Source: Antedon mediterranea
Lineage: Eukaryota > Animalia > Echinodermata
DNA length: 64,000 nucleotides
Assembly (NCBI RefSeq): GCF_964355755.1
Contig: NC_092676.1
Span: forward strand, 16,882,871-16,946,870
Reading direction: 5' to 3'
In this document: piece by piece, positions 26,053 through 39,500 of the stretch
Numbering within the stretch: the first letter of the stretch is position 1
Layout: each line of letters starts with the position of its first letter
Translations under genes and position numbers: made by a program
Notes under the pieces: generated by a model
The model's input: only the letters and a program-made list of their open reading frames with translations
The model's database searches: none
Told to the model about the DNA's origin: nothing

Positions 26053-27589
26053 AATTTATGTATGTACAATACCGTACAGTGGTGCTTTACACACAGTACT
26101 GTAGTTTTGTATACTAAATACATTGAATATTAAAAACAATTACAATACAAAGGAAAATCTCTTGAATTTAACTCTCAAGTATTTCATGAAGTCCACTCAA
26201 GAATTGATCTTTTGATCTCATGGGCCTTTTAAGTAATATTAGTACATGTCATTGATTACATTCTTGTTTCTATAGTTACAGAATACTACACTATACTGAC
26301 CCTTAAAAAAAAAAATTAAGTCAGTGCTTTTTTTTCTTGTACAGTCTAGATTTTGCTTAATTAATTTACTATTAAAGTATAATTTATTTTTTTTATTATT
26401 TTTTTTTTCATGTCTTATTCTCAAAGTTATTTGTGATCCACTTAGTGCTTCAGTGCAATGACACTGATAGTGCCATCATATTGATTAAAATAAATTAATA
26501 ATATATTGATTTTGTGGTTAAAACAAGACATTTTTTTTTTAAATTATCTTTAATAACTGTAAAATAATACTGTACTAACTATTAGGAAAACAATGCCATG
26601 TTATTTCTTCTAATTCTATTGAAATACAGTACAGTGGACTACAGATAGTCACAACACCTTTACAAACTGTCTCAGCCTAAAAGCTTTGAACTAAATCTAT
26701 TCAGATCATTTACTGTACTTACAAAAAAAGAATTGAAAAGTCATCAATAATATAATTAAGATTATAATAGAATTCCAATTTGTTTAGATGTTATCTTGAG
26801 CATAAAAAGAGGCAATAGTTTTACTACAAAGACAACTAGAAAGCCACTCCGAGAGTGCATACCTCCGCCTACTGTAAAATTCTCCTACATAAGATTTCTC
26901 CGGTAAAAAAAATATATATATTTGTTTGTGTCTTTAAATGCTGTTTGTGATTTAGGCTAATTTCACTACAAGCATGTGTATGCAAGTTTGGTGTAATGGT
27001 TATGTAACAAGCCTTTCAATTAACAATGGCTTCAGTTGACTAACAATAGAACAGCAACCAGCCTTAATAAGCTGACCAATAAGCCTATTCAGATCATCAT
27101 TGACTGTTTTTGTTATTGTAAATTGATAAAGTCATCAATAATACAATAAAGATTAGATTAGAATTCCATTTGTTCCTAAAGGATTGATTCTTCCAGACAG
27201 AATTACTCTGTTTTTTTGCAATGAAACACTTTCTGTAGTGTACTGTAAGGTCTGTTTTATGCTACAGTATGAACGTCAATCAATAGATAAACATACATTG
27301 TTCTGACTTGCATTAATCAAAAGAAATTAGAAAACTTTTCATTCTAGGAACTATAGGATTAACCAATTAAGCTGTCTTTAATGAAATATTATTTTTAAAA
27401 TATAGTCATAGTCATAGTCATCAATAATGAACAATAACATTGTTCAGTTTGAATTGATTAAATTATTTTTATTTTTTATTACTGTATAATGTTAATATAG
27501 CCTTAAATTTGAAACCGTACAATAGTTATTGATTAAAATTTTTTTAATTTATTTCTTTCATGTATCAATATTATAGATAAAAAGTAATT

Positions 27590-30500
27590 ATGGATTTTGA
27601 AAGTCTTCGCAAGAAACTAGCAGAGCACAACCAGGAGCATTTGCTAGATTTTGTAAATGATTTAGATGAAAAAAGCAAACAAGTATTGTACAATGACATC
27701 ACAAACACAAATATTGCAGAAGTCGTTAGGTTCTTCAATGCAGCCACCGCATCCATGGACACACAAACAAAAGTTGACGATAAGATGGAACCAATTCCAA
27801 CAGAAATGTTTGGCTCTGTTACAAGATCCGGAAAAATCTTAAAGCAATGGGAAAAGACTGGTGAGTATCAGAACAGTAAAAAATGCACCTCTGTATACAA
27901 TGTGCTCTAAACAGCGTTCAGTATACATTTTATAACATTTGATATTCAGAGAGTTCGATTTGTGATGGTAGTCAAACCATGTATTCAAAGCATACAGTAG
28001 AGATTTAAACAAGGTTTTTTGGGCTCTCCCAGGGTGTTTTCATACCCTGAGCTGTCGGTCTAATGAAACTATTGAACTGCAATACATACAGTAGATACAG
28101 AGTCTGTATGAATTAAAGCAGTCACCCCTTCTCCAGCTTTCACTTGGTTTCTTTTGTTTGTTTTTTTCATTCTTCTACCCATTTTGTAGAGTACATTTTA
28201 TGTACAATTATACTGTATGTACTGTACACTACCATAATCATGTAATTCTGAAATTACTATTTTGATCCCTGAACCTCAAACCCCCTTTTCAGAAATCTTG
28301 CAAAAGCCCAAGTCATTTACTTCATACTGTAATCATATGTTCATTAATTCATATTATATAAACACAACAGGCATAGAAATAAATTCCAAACCGCCCGGTG
28401 ATACACTGAAAATTATTTAATTAATTTTTTAAACGATAAAGATATAATTCATATTATATGTAATCTTTTACTTTGTTAGGTTTGGAAGCAGTTGGAAAAT
28501 CCAAAGTCTGTGTCTTACTGCTGGCAGGAGGACAGGGAACAAGGCTGGGTGTAAACTATCCAAAAGGCATGTATAACGTAGGCCTACCATCAGGCAAGCC
28601 ACTCTACCATCTACAGGCAGAGAGAATCCTACGTCTACAACGGTACTCAAAGGAAGAAACTGGCTTATCTGGAACAATACCTTGGTAAGTAAAGAAACAT
28701 CAATCAACAACTTTATTTTTAATCCTGTACTTTACTTAAATTTGTTCAAAATAGCAATAAAACAATTTACCTGGTTAACTGTTTGACTGACATGCCATTA
28801 GAAAGTGGGCATCATCTGCATTGCTCCGCACAACTGTAAAATATTGCAAAAAAGCATGCACATTTTTGACAGACCAATCAGAGATGGATTTATGTCTGCT
28901 CACTATTCGCAACTCTAATATTTGTCTCCAAACAATTTTTAAAACATGGTTATGGTGAGCTTGGTTATTGAATTCCCTATCCCTATGGAGCGAAGTTTGA
29001 CAAGACCAACACCCACATTTGTATGTATACTCATGTTTGTTAAAATTATATATATAAGTGAGTGGAAAAATAAACGAAACGAAACAACAACCATTTGTTT
29101 CATAAGCTTTGGCAGCAATTTATGATGGCATTTTATACACCCTGTTCTCTCATTTAATATCTTGATTTTATATGCAATTGCCCCTCTCTTTTGCCTTCTA
29201 TGTGTTCTAAACATTTTCTTTAATATATATTTGATATTTTATAGGTACATAATGACGAGTGAACATACTCAAGAACCAACAGAAGAATACTTTGCATCGC
29301 GTAACTTCTTTGGCCTTCAGAAGGAAGATATTGTGTTCTTTGAACAGAATATGTTGCCATGTATGTCATTTGATGGCAAGATTATTATGAGTAACAAAGG
29401 CAAAATAGCACGGGCTCCAGGTAAGAAAGACGATGGCACCCTTCAGGGCTAGAATCTTGCCTTCAGGGCTAGAATCTTACCTTCATTCACTAACAAACCT
29501 CACAAACCTTTGCTAGTGGCAAAATGTGCAACCAATGTTAGCTTTTGTATATAACAAGTATTTACAAAAAAAAACCATAACCAACATTATTTTATACCTC
29601 CATGTAACCAGCAAACATGTAATGATCAGACAGTTAAATGTATTTTGTTTAGGTCTGTGTACTATTGTATTGTGTGTTATGGTGTAACCACACTTTAAAA
29701 CTATTAAATCTCTAGACTTGAGATGTGCTATATAACAACTCATGAGAATGGTGCTATGCTTACATAAGCACTGCAGTGCTAGTAACATGTTTCCTTTCAA
29801 GTTTACAATGATAACTTTTGAGAGTCATAATGTTTAGATAGTAAAATAATGCAGTTTGTTTTGATGAATTTATAGGTTTCTATGTACGCAGTGCTTAGTT
29901 AGGTAAATTGTGGTGGCGCTATTCGATAATGCAACATGTAGTTTTATTTTGCTCTGAACCTCATGAATTAAATCTGCTAAAATCTTTGAAACCGGGATTT
30001 AAATTGTTCTTCAAAGTGGATGATATGATATATTAATTGATAATAAGTACTAGTACCAAGAAATTTGTATCAAAAAGGATATATTTTTCGATATTCTGGA
30101 AGCGTCTTTGCTAAGTCGGGGTAAGTCAACTGGACCCATGTGAAGCCTACAGTATCCATACAGAGGAGCATAGAGTCCTGGAAGCAGGGTGTAGGGGCTA
30201 GGCCTAGTGTTCCTTGAACTTAACAACCATGGCTGAAGGTAGGCCTACTACTAGAGGGAAGGCAAGGGATAGAAAGGATATGGAACTGGAACCTAGATTT
30301 AGGCCTGCAGATGCTAGGCCTAGGCCTAGCCAACCTGAACAGGAAGCAACTCCACAGTCAGTTGAGGGAGCTTGTGCTATCTGTAAAACCATCATAGGCG
30401 AAAAGGATAAGGGCGTAAATTGTGACATTTGTAAGAGGTGTTTCTGCCTGAAATGTTCAAAACTCTCAAATAAAATGTATGCTCTCCTCTCCGACAGCGA

Positions 30501-33500
30501 AATAAAGAATTTTTTATGGTCATGTGATACATGCCTTGTACAGTTACCTTTGTTGAAGAAAATTGCGGAGATAAATGAATTGCAGGAAAATATGAATGCG
30601 AGATTAAATATTGTGGAAAAAACGCAAAAAGATCAGGCGCTTAGAGCATCAATAACCAATAAAAACATTGAAGTCATTGAAAAAATCCAGGTCGACACAA
30701 GAAATAATTTGATAGAATTAAAAGAGAGCTACGATCTAATGGATGGGAAAATTAAAGAGAGTGTTCAGGAAGGCATTGAAGAATATAGAGATAGAGAATC
30801 TCGTAAATTAAATATTGTGATCGAAAATCTACCTGAATCTGATAACCAAAGTTCTCAGCAGAGACTGAAGGAAGACAGGGTTGCTATTGAGAAATTATTC
30901 AATGAGTGTCTAGAGATAGAGGGAGTTGAAATAACTGAAGTGATCAGGCTTGGGAAATACACGGAAGACGGGTGTAGAATGGCAAGAGTTTCTTTGGATA
31001 GCCTGAAAAGTAAAAGGGAAGTGATGGTAAATGCAAAAAAACTTAGAAGCACGGATCACGCATTTCTAAAGAACATATATATTAATCCTGATAGATCAAA
31101 AAAAGAGAGGCAAATGAACTATGAGTTAAGACAGGAACTAAGATCAAGGAAAGATAACGGCGAGATTGATCTTGTTATAAGAAGAGGTAAAATTATGAAG
31201 CGGGATAGCGAACTGGCGTTTGATCGTTTTCGAGGCCCTAGTTCATCATCATAAAGAATTTTCAAATATAGAATCTTTTTGTTTTGAAGAAAATTATTTT
31301 AACTTAGAAAGAAAAGTGAAACAAAAATTTATAAGAAAAAAAAATGTTCAGAGGACAAGAAAAAATTTAAAACTTTTATAGAAGGATTAAAGCAGAAGAA
31401 ATCTAGATTAAGAAACGATGATATTGTTGATTTTCATGAGAAGTCGTTGAAATTTCTTTACACAAACGCAGATGCCCTGAGAAATAAAATGGGTGAGTTA
31501 CGTGATATTATAAATCAAAGGAAACCTGATGTGGTTGCAATAACTGAAGTAAATAACAAAACTTGTACAGACATATTGGAAGTTGAGTTAAGCATCAAGG
31601 GATACACAAAATTTGATTCTGGCAGAAGTGGTAGAGGTGTGGTTATTTTTGCGAAGGAAGAGCTGAATGCCAGTATCTGTAACGAATTACTGAATTTAAA
31701 TTTTGTGGAAGCACTATGGATCAAAATTGAAATAAATAAAAGGCAACAACTATTATGCGGATGTATTTACAGAAGTCCTAACAGTATTGACGAAAATAAT
31801 CAAGCGTTACTATCTGCTATCAACAAAGCAAGTGAACTACTGTAAATAGTATTTCTGATTTCATCATGTTAGGAGATTTCAATTTTCCTGAAATTGATTG
31901 GATTTCTTGGAGTACAAATAAAAATGAAACACATAAAAGTAATCGGTTTATAGAATGCCTTAGAGATAATTTTCTATGCCAGTGTATACAGCAACCAACA
32001 CGATTTCGAGATGGTCAAACACCTAACATACTCGACTTAGTAATCACCATGGATGAAACCAAAATAAGTGAAATTGAGATAGGTCCACCATTAGGAAAAA
32101 GCGACCACGTAACAATCTTGTTTTCATATGACTGTGTAACTAAAATACAAGAGAAAATGGAATATAAGCTAAATTTCAACAAGGGTGACTATATTAAAAT
32201 GAAAGAACTGATTACTGAGGTGGACTACCAATTTGAAAATACAAATGTTGAAGAGGCCTGTGAAGCTTTAAATAAATCAATAAGAAATGCTGTTCAGATC
32301 TGTATTCCCAAGTCAAACATAAAAAAAGAAAATAAACCTATCTGGATGACTGGTGACGTTCAGAGGAAAATTAAAATGAAACATAATGCATGGAAAAAGT
32401 TTACAAGGTCTCGACAACAGAAGGATTATGACAGTTACAAAAAGGCAAGAAATATAGTAACAGGTGAAAAAAGGGCAGCAAAGATTGCACTGGAGCGGAA
32501 AATATGCAATGAAGTAAAAACAAATCCTAAAAGTTTCTGGAAATATGTAAGAGAGAAAACCAAAACAACTCAATCTATTGGATTGGTGAAGGATGGAAAG
32601 GGTAATATGGCTGATGACAATCAGCATAAAGCGGAAATTTTCAACGCATTTTTCACAAGTGTATTCACGAATGAAGACCTCGAGTCATTGCCAGAAGTTA
32701 CACCAAGAGTTGACGTGGATGACCATTTGGAGTCAATTGAAGTGACAAAGGAGGAAGTGCTTACATGCCTTCAGTAGATGAACTCAAATAAATCAGCTGG
32801 ACCAGATGACGTGCATCCAAGAGTACTGAAGGAACTTAAAGAAATTGTTGCAACTCCAATGACGTCAATATACAACAAATCACTATCGACTGGACAGTTA
32901 CCGGAGTGCTGGAAATGTGCAAATGTAGTACCAATTTTTAAGAAAGGGGACAAGACGGAGGTCGGAAACTACAGGCCAGTAAGTTTGACATCTGTCGTAT
33001 GCAAACTTTTGGAATCAATTGTGAGAGACAAAATTATACAGTTTCTAAATGATAGAAACCTTATTATAAAAGCACAGCATGGGTTTCGGAAAGGTAGATC
33101 TTGCGTCACACAATTGCTGGAGGTGATGGAAGAATGGACGAAATTGCTGGATGCGGGGGAAAACTTTGATGCTGTATATTTGGATTTTAGTAAGGCATTC
33201 GATTCTATCCCCCACCAGAGATTAATAACAAAATTGGAAGCGTACGGAATAAAAGGAAACCTACTGAGATGGATACATCAATTTTTGACAGGGAGGAGAC
33301 AAAGAGTTAGAGTGGCCGAAGCATTTTCTGAATAGTCTACGGTTAAAAGCGGAGTCCCTCAAGGCAGCGTGTTAGGCCCTTTATTATTTATAATTTTCAT
33401 AAACGACCTACCTGATGCAGTTAAATCTAAAGTATGGATGTTTGCAGATGACACTAAGATGTTTAATGTTGTGTATGAAAACAGAAATGATACTGTTCAA

Positions 33501-36500
33501 AATGATCTCAAGGCATTATCCGATTGGTCTAAAAGATGGCAGCTGAAATTCAACATTAATAAATGTAAAGTAATACATTATGGAAATTCAAATCCACAAA
33601 TGCAATTCACTATGCCAACAGAGGAAGGTGACGAGGATCTGCCAAATGCCAATACTGAAAAGGACCTTGGAGTTACTTTTGATCAGTCTTTAAAATTTTC
33701 ACTACATACGAATGAAGCTGTAAATAAAGCAAATAGACTCATTGGATTGGTAAGGCGATCTTTTGCTTACATGGATAAGGATATGTTCCTGCCCCTTTAT
33801 AAAAGTATAATTCGACCTCATCTGGAATACGCAAGCTATATATGGTACCCTCTCCTAAAAGGTGATTTGGATAAGCTTGAAAGAGTGCAGCGTAGGGCCA
33901 CTAAAATTGTCAAAAAGTTAAGAGATAAATCTTACGATCAGAGATTAAAAGAGCTTGGATTACCTACACTGAATTACAGAAGAAGGAGAGCAGACATTAT
34001 ACAAGTGTTTAAAATTATCAAGGGCTTGGATGGTATTGAAGCCGAAACCTTTTTTGACTTTAGAGAGGACAGTAGAACAAGGGGCCATCAATTCAAATTA
34101 AGAAAGCCAAGAGCCCGACTGAAAATCAGAAGCCACTCCTTTTCATGTAGAATCGTCAACACATGGAACAATCTATACCACACTACAGTACAAGCAGAAA
34201 ACATAAATGCATTCAAGGATCAACTAAACAAAGACAGAGCAATGGGAGATAAATTTTGCTACCAATTCTAGATAAATACAGAAGAAATGGAGGGCGTTTA
34301 AAAGGCATTTGCCTTAATCAAGAGCCCGAAGATTCAAGTAAGATTCAAGTAAGAAATTGTTTTGATTGTTTTTATTTTATTCCTTTAGATGGAAATGGTG
34401 GATTGTATCGAGCTCTTGGAGAAAAGGTTCTTGGCGATATGGAACGACGTGGAATTCAATACATACATGTCTACTGTGTCGATAACATTCTTGTGAAGAT
34501 GGCTGATCCAACATTTATAGGTTTCTGCATAAGTAAAGGAGCTAACTGCGGAGCTAAGGTAAGGTTTAAAAATGAATAGGTTTCTGCAAAGAGAAGCTTG
34601 GTTCCCACTATCGACGCAACGTTACCCAACCTACACAACATAAGCAAATTCCCTTCAAATAATTGTGCCCCTGACTGCGTGAAATCAAACCTGCTTATTT
34701 CGCGTCAAGGTTAGCATGCCGTAGACGTACTTTTGAGTACGCGCTGTACTATGTTTTCCTTGCGTTGTTGCGTGAAATCAAATTGATTTCCCGTAGCGAT
34801 GTTGGCAGCACTGTTGTGTCATCGGTTCCCACTTGTAATTACGCATTATGTCACTTTGCATTGCTGCGTTGCCTTCTAGTGGGAACCACGCTTAAAGAGT
34901 TACTGTAACTTTGAACCTAGGTTATTGTAGAAAATGTAAGGTTTAAAACCAGTGATACGAATTTGGAGGTGATCCATAGTTGTTTAAATTGTATTTTGTA
35001 GATGGCATTTATACAAACTATAGATTAGACAAACATGAAACTGTGATTTTTTTAAATAAACTACAATGAAACAATTAAGTTTCAAATAAATTATCTATAG
35101 TACAATTTTATTACATTAAATATTTTAAGCTTTAATCTGAACACATTTTTTTCTTATTTTTCTAGGTTGTTGAAAAATCATATCCAACAGAACCAGTGGG
35201 TGTTGTATGTCGTGTGGATGGGAAATACCAGGTTGTGGAATACAGTGAGATAACGTTACGAACAGCCGAAAAGAGAAATGAAGATGGACGTTTAGTTTTC
35301 AGTGCTGGCAATATCTGCAACCATTTCTTCACCTTTGATTTTCTAAAAGAAGTTGTCAAGTATGAATAGTTAGATTTTTTATTTTAATAATTATTATATA
35401 AAACTAAAAAGTGTTTATGGGTTGAATGTGGTAGACTATTCAGTTGAAAGATTGACTGTTCTGCTCATCAAGTTACAGTACACACATGTGCAGGGTTAGG
35501 ATAACGCCTCATCTCTAAGCAATGTGGTTAAAATTAAACAGTCTAGACTATCAAACTAATTTGATAAAAAAGTGTGAGTGCCCACATATGGTAGTAATAT
35601 GAAATCATCATATGCATATATGGGCACATTATATTTTTGTCACATAAAGTTTTATAGTGTAGATAGCTTTAGGGCCAAAAAATAATATTAATTTGTGAAT
35701 TGTTGTTTTTTTTTTCAGTGAGAATGAACCTTTCTTAAAACACCATGTGGCCAAGAAGAAGATACCGTATGTGAATGAACAGGGCAATATAATAACTCCA
35801 GAAAAACCAAATGGCATAAAAATGGAGAAGTTTGTCTTTGATGTCTTCGAGTTTTCAAAGTAAGCTGCTCTATCTAGTTTTTTTCTAAATAACTGAACAT
35901 TTAAAACTTTAGTTTATAGTTTTCTGTGTAAAATAATTTTTAACTTTTTGTTTTCAGTGAGTTTGGTATTGTGAGAGTTGATTGTACTTTAAAAAAAAAC
36001 ATAATACAATTGTACTCATATCCAATGGATTGATTTCAGTGTGATCAATTTGCCAAGATTTACAAACAAATTTTACTGACATTACAACATATCAAACGGA
36101 TAGTGTATTTCTGATTTAGTTGCCATATGTTATGTATGTAAAAGAAAGTGTTTTTTCATATGTCACATGCATGGAGGAAATATATTTCATCCATGTCACA
36201 TGTCATATATCAAAACTTTTCTTTTTGCCAGAATGTTTGAATAACATTTACTGACATATCTTGTACAGGAAAAGTGAATGCACTTTGTAGTACTGAACAA
36301 TACTGTATATTGAATACAATAAGAACATATAATATAGACAATTTTACAATTAAGTATATCTTTTTTCCTTTTTTAATAGTAATTTTGTAGTGTTTGAGGT
36401 CCTACGAGAGGATGAATTTTCACCACTAAAGAATAGTGATAAGGCTGAGAAAGACAACCCAACAACTGCTAAGCATGCACTAATGTCCCTACACCATAGA

Positions 36501-39500
36501 TGGGTATTGAATGCTGGTGGATCCTTTGTTGACAAGAATGATTCCCTGATTCCAGCAATTCCAAGGTATTTCATACTGTAATTTGTTTTCTCCCAACTTG
36601 AACTTATCTATTTTACAGTAATTGAACTTTTTCTTGCCAGACTGAAGGAGTGGTACATATTGCAACCCCAACTTTTATAGTCATACTTTTTCGTTTTATA
36701 TAATAACCAATCTACTCAAAATGTCCAAAGGCCTCTAGTCAAAAAAGGCTAAAAATGCCCAAGTCCTCCAGCGTTTGAGGGCCACTTAGGTCTCTAAACC
36801 AGGGCCTCTACATCACTGATAATAATTATAACAATTATAAGATACATTAGCAAAATCTTGGATATGCAGCAATTTAAAATATCTCAGTCAGCCCATTTGG
36901 AACATGTGGAAATGTTTTAAGGATATGACATTACCCTAACAGTCTTATAATAATCCAGATAAAAGGCCTGATAAGTTCAAATAAGTTTTTGTTCATTTTT
37001 TATATATCTATTCTTGTGAATTACTTTGTAAAAGAGGTTGATCATTTTCATAGATATCATAGATCTTGTCAGTGTCTTAGAGAATAAAACTGATACGTTC
37101 ACATGATAAATTTGCCACTTTAAACAATTATAAAACCATTAATACTCTTAAATGACATACATGTTCAGTGGGGTTGAGGGAAAGCTAGGAAAAAATTATT
37201 TTCTAGATATTTATGTAGTATTTTTGTCAAAAAGATCATAATTCGATTGTAGGATTGATGTCTGTATTTGCTATATTACAGTAGTTATTTTAAAAATCTC
37301 TCTCACTACTTTTCTTCCAGCAAACGATTAAAACTTGACACAACAATAAGGTGAACATGACAATTTTAACATACAATTCTATTTATAAATACAAATAAAG
37401 TTTTTGTCTATGTACTGTACATTATAATAATAAATATGGGCACACTGAATACTAACATCATCTTTTATCTAGGATATGTTTACAATGTAATTATATATAC
37501 AGTTCACTCTAAAGTACTAAATTTATTATATATATTAACTACAAGACAAGTCACTAAATTCAAGATTTTTTTGCTGTATGTTATTTTCGCAGTTCATCTG
37601 GTGCACTCAGTGAAAATGTTATACTGTACAATCAACTCTCACAACGGACTGAAATCTAGAAACTCTCCTAAAGCCAGACATTTTTTAGGTTCAAAGCTCC
37701 CACATACTGAACACCAGACTTTTCAGAAAACCAAACAATTAGGCCCAAAGGTGTCCAGTATTGAGAAAGTTGGCTGTACACATTCATGTTTCTAGAATAT
37801 AACCTCATGCAAAAAAACAAATCTCAATGCTCAGTTCAACAACTATGGTCAGTTGAATCAGTCAATAAAATTCCTCGTTTACAATTAATAATGTGCCAAT
37901 TTTTACCATTTTTTTTTACAAAAAGTGCATCCAGTTGAGGAACATGTACAGAAAAAAAGTCTTGATTATGTCTTTAACAGATTTTTTTTGCGTGTTCCGA
38001 TTAGTTGTTAGTAGTAGCACAAAGTTTTTGTTCTTACTAAAACACAGAATAATTATATAAAATATATAAAAAAAATATATAAACTTTTGTCTGAATCATC
38101 ATAACTAGTTACACAGTATCTTCTAGTTCTTTACAATTCACAGGATTAGTATTTTAATATGTATTTTTTTAATATTATTTATTCAAGCACACACCTATCA
38201 ACACTAATGAACATATTTATGTTTATCATGCATGAGTATATAAAATTATGAAATCATATTTATCAATTATTAATATAATTTTAAGAAAAAAAACAATCTA
38301 GAAAAAAATATTATTTTATTTACAAATCTTTGTCTGCTAAACTACAGGAAACCGAAAACAATGGCGTCTGACAAGAATGGAAATGACAGGTATAATTTGC
38401 AGTAAACAAATATTTTTTTAGATCTAAATACATTTTTTAGTTTATATATCAAATTTAATTCATCATGAATTTTACATGTCGTTGCTATTCTTTCAAAACC
38501 TTGTATTGTACTATTGTTTAAATTAAGTTATTGTACCCAATTTGTTGTCAGAGGTATGATTCAAACAATGGTGACATTTGTAGTAGCAACAGCCAATCAA
38601 AAAGGCAAAAAATTGTTTATATACTATATACAAAGTATTGTATATTCAATACAGTACCAGCTTTTGATACTACAAAATTAATTCCTAGCATATGTCGGGT
38701 AAACGCAAAACCATGTACGTTTTCAAATGAATTAATTCAAAATACTGATTAAAAACAGAATTTTGTTTATTATTTTGTATTATTTTAGTGAAATCTGTTT
38801 GTTTATACAGATTACACATTTACAAGCGAAAAAATATATTAAACATATATGCCCTTATATTTTCTGAAGACAAAAGGTTTTGAAAGAATGGCGACGATTT
38901 ATCATTTAAACTTTGGAAACGTTTCTTTCTACAAATTTCCTTCCCATACACTAGAACTATTATTTTCTACACAATATTTCAGCTTTTTCTATATTCATAC
39001 AAAAACACTGATCAGCTAGCTATTCTATCACTATATTATTGCAATATTTGAATAATATATCATTAACATTTACTGTAAATACACATATATCATTTTGAAT
39101 GACTTACAATTTATTATGGTCTCATGCCCCAAAGTTGGCTTTAATTACCTCTTTCAATAGAGTATATATTATTCATATTTTATACCTGTACTAGCCCATA
39201 GGCAGGGTTTGTATAGGGAGCTCTATTTACCCATAGAGAGGAAAAATTATGATGAGGTGGCTAGTATATAGGTAATACCTAGTTATCATCATTTATCTGC
39301 TGTTGATCTATTTGTTTGAAAAGGGGTACTTTAAGAATAGAGTTAAACTAGGTACGGGCTAGTTATATAACAATTTATTTAAATCTTATTAAGCGAAAAT
39401 CATTCTTATAAAATTGTATCAAAGCAATCATCAATCTTACATCCTTACATTTTACTATTTATAAATTCCTATACATTACTAAATGTTTAAACTTTCAGTA

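Larger units (their letters stand above)
29912..34353 (+). mobile_element. Full-length CR1-clade LINE in a UAP1 intron (ORF1 open, ORF2 disabled)
   Basis: ORF1 with PHD finger; ORF2 with APE and RT; (AGATTCAAGTA)n tail; candidate 7-bp TSD AAATTGT at 29905-29911 and 34354-34360. Confidence 0.93.

Noticed and set aside
34256-34388. N-terminal extension of ORF 34256-34579 as a LINE-UAP1 fusion
   Set aside because: Chance open frame through the LINE tail and intron; the true exon begins at 34389
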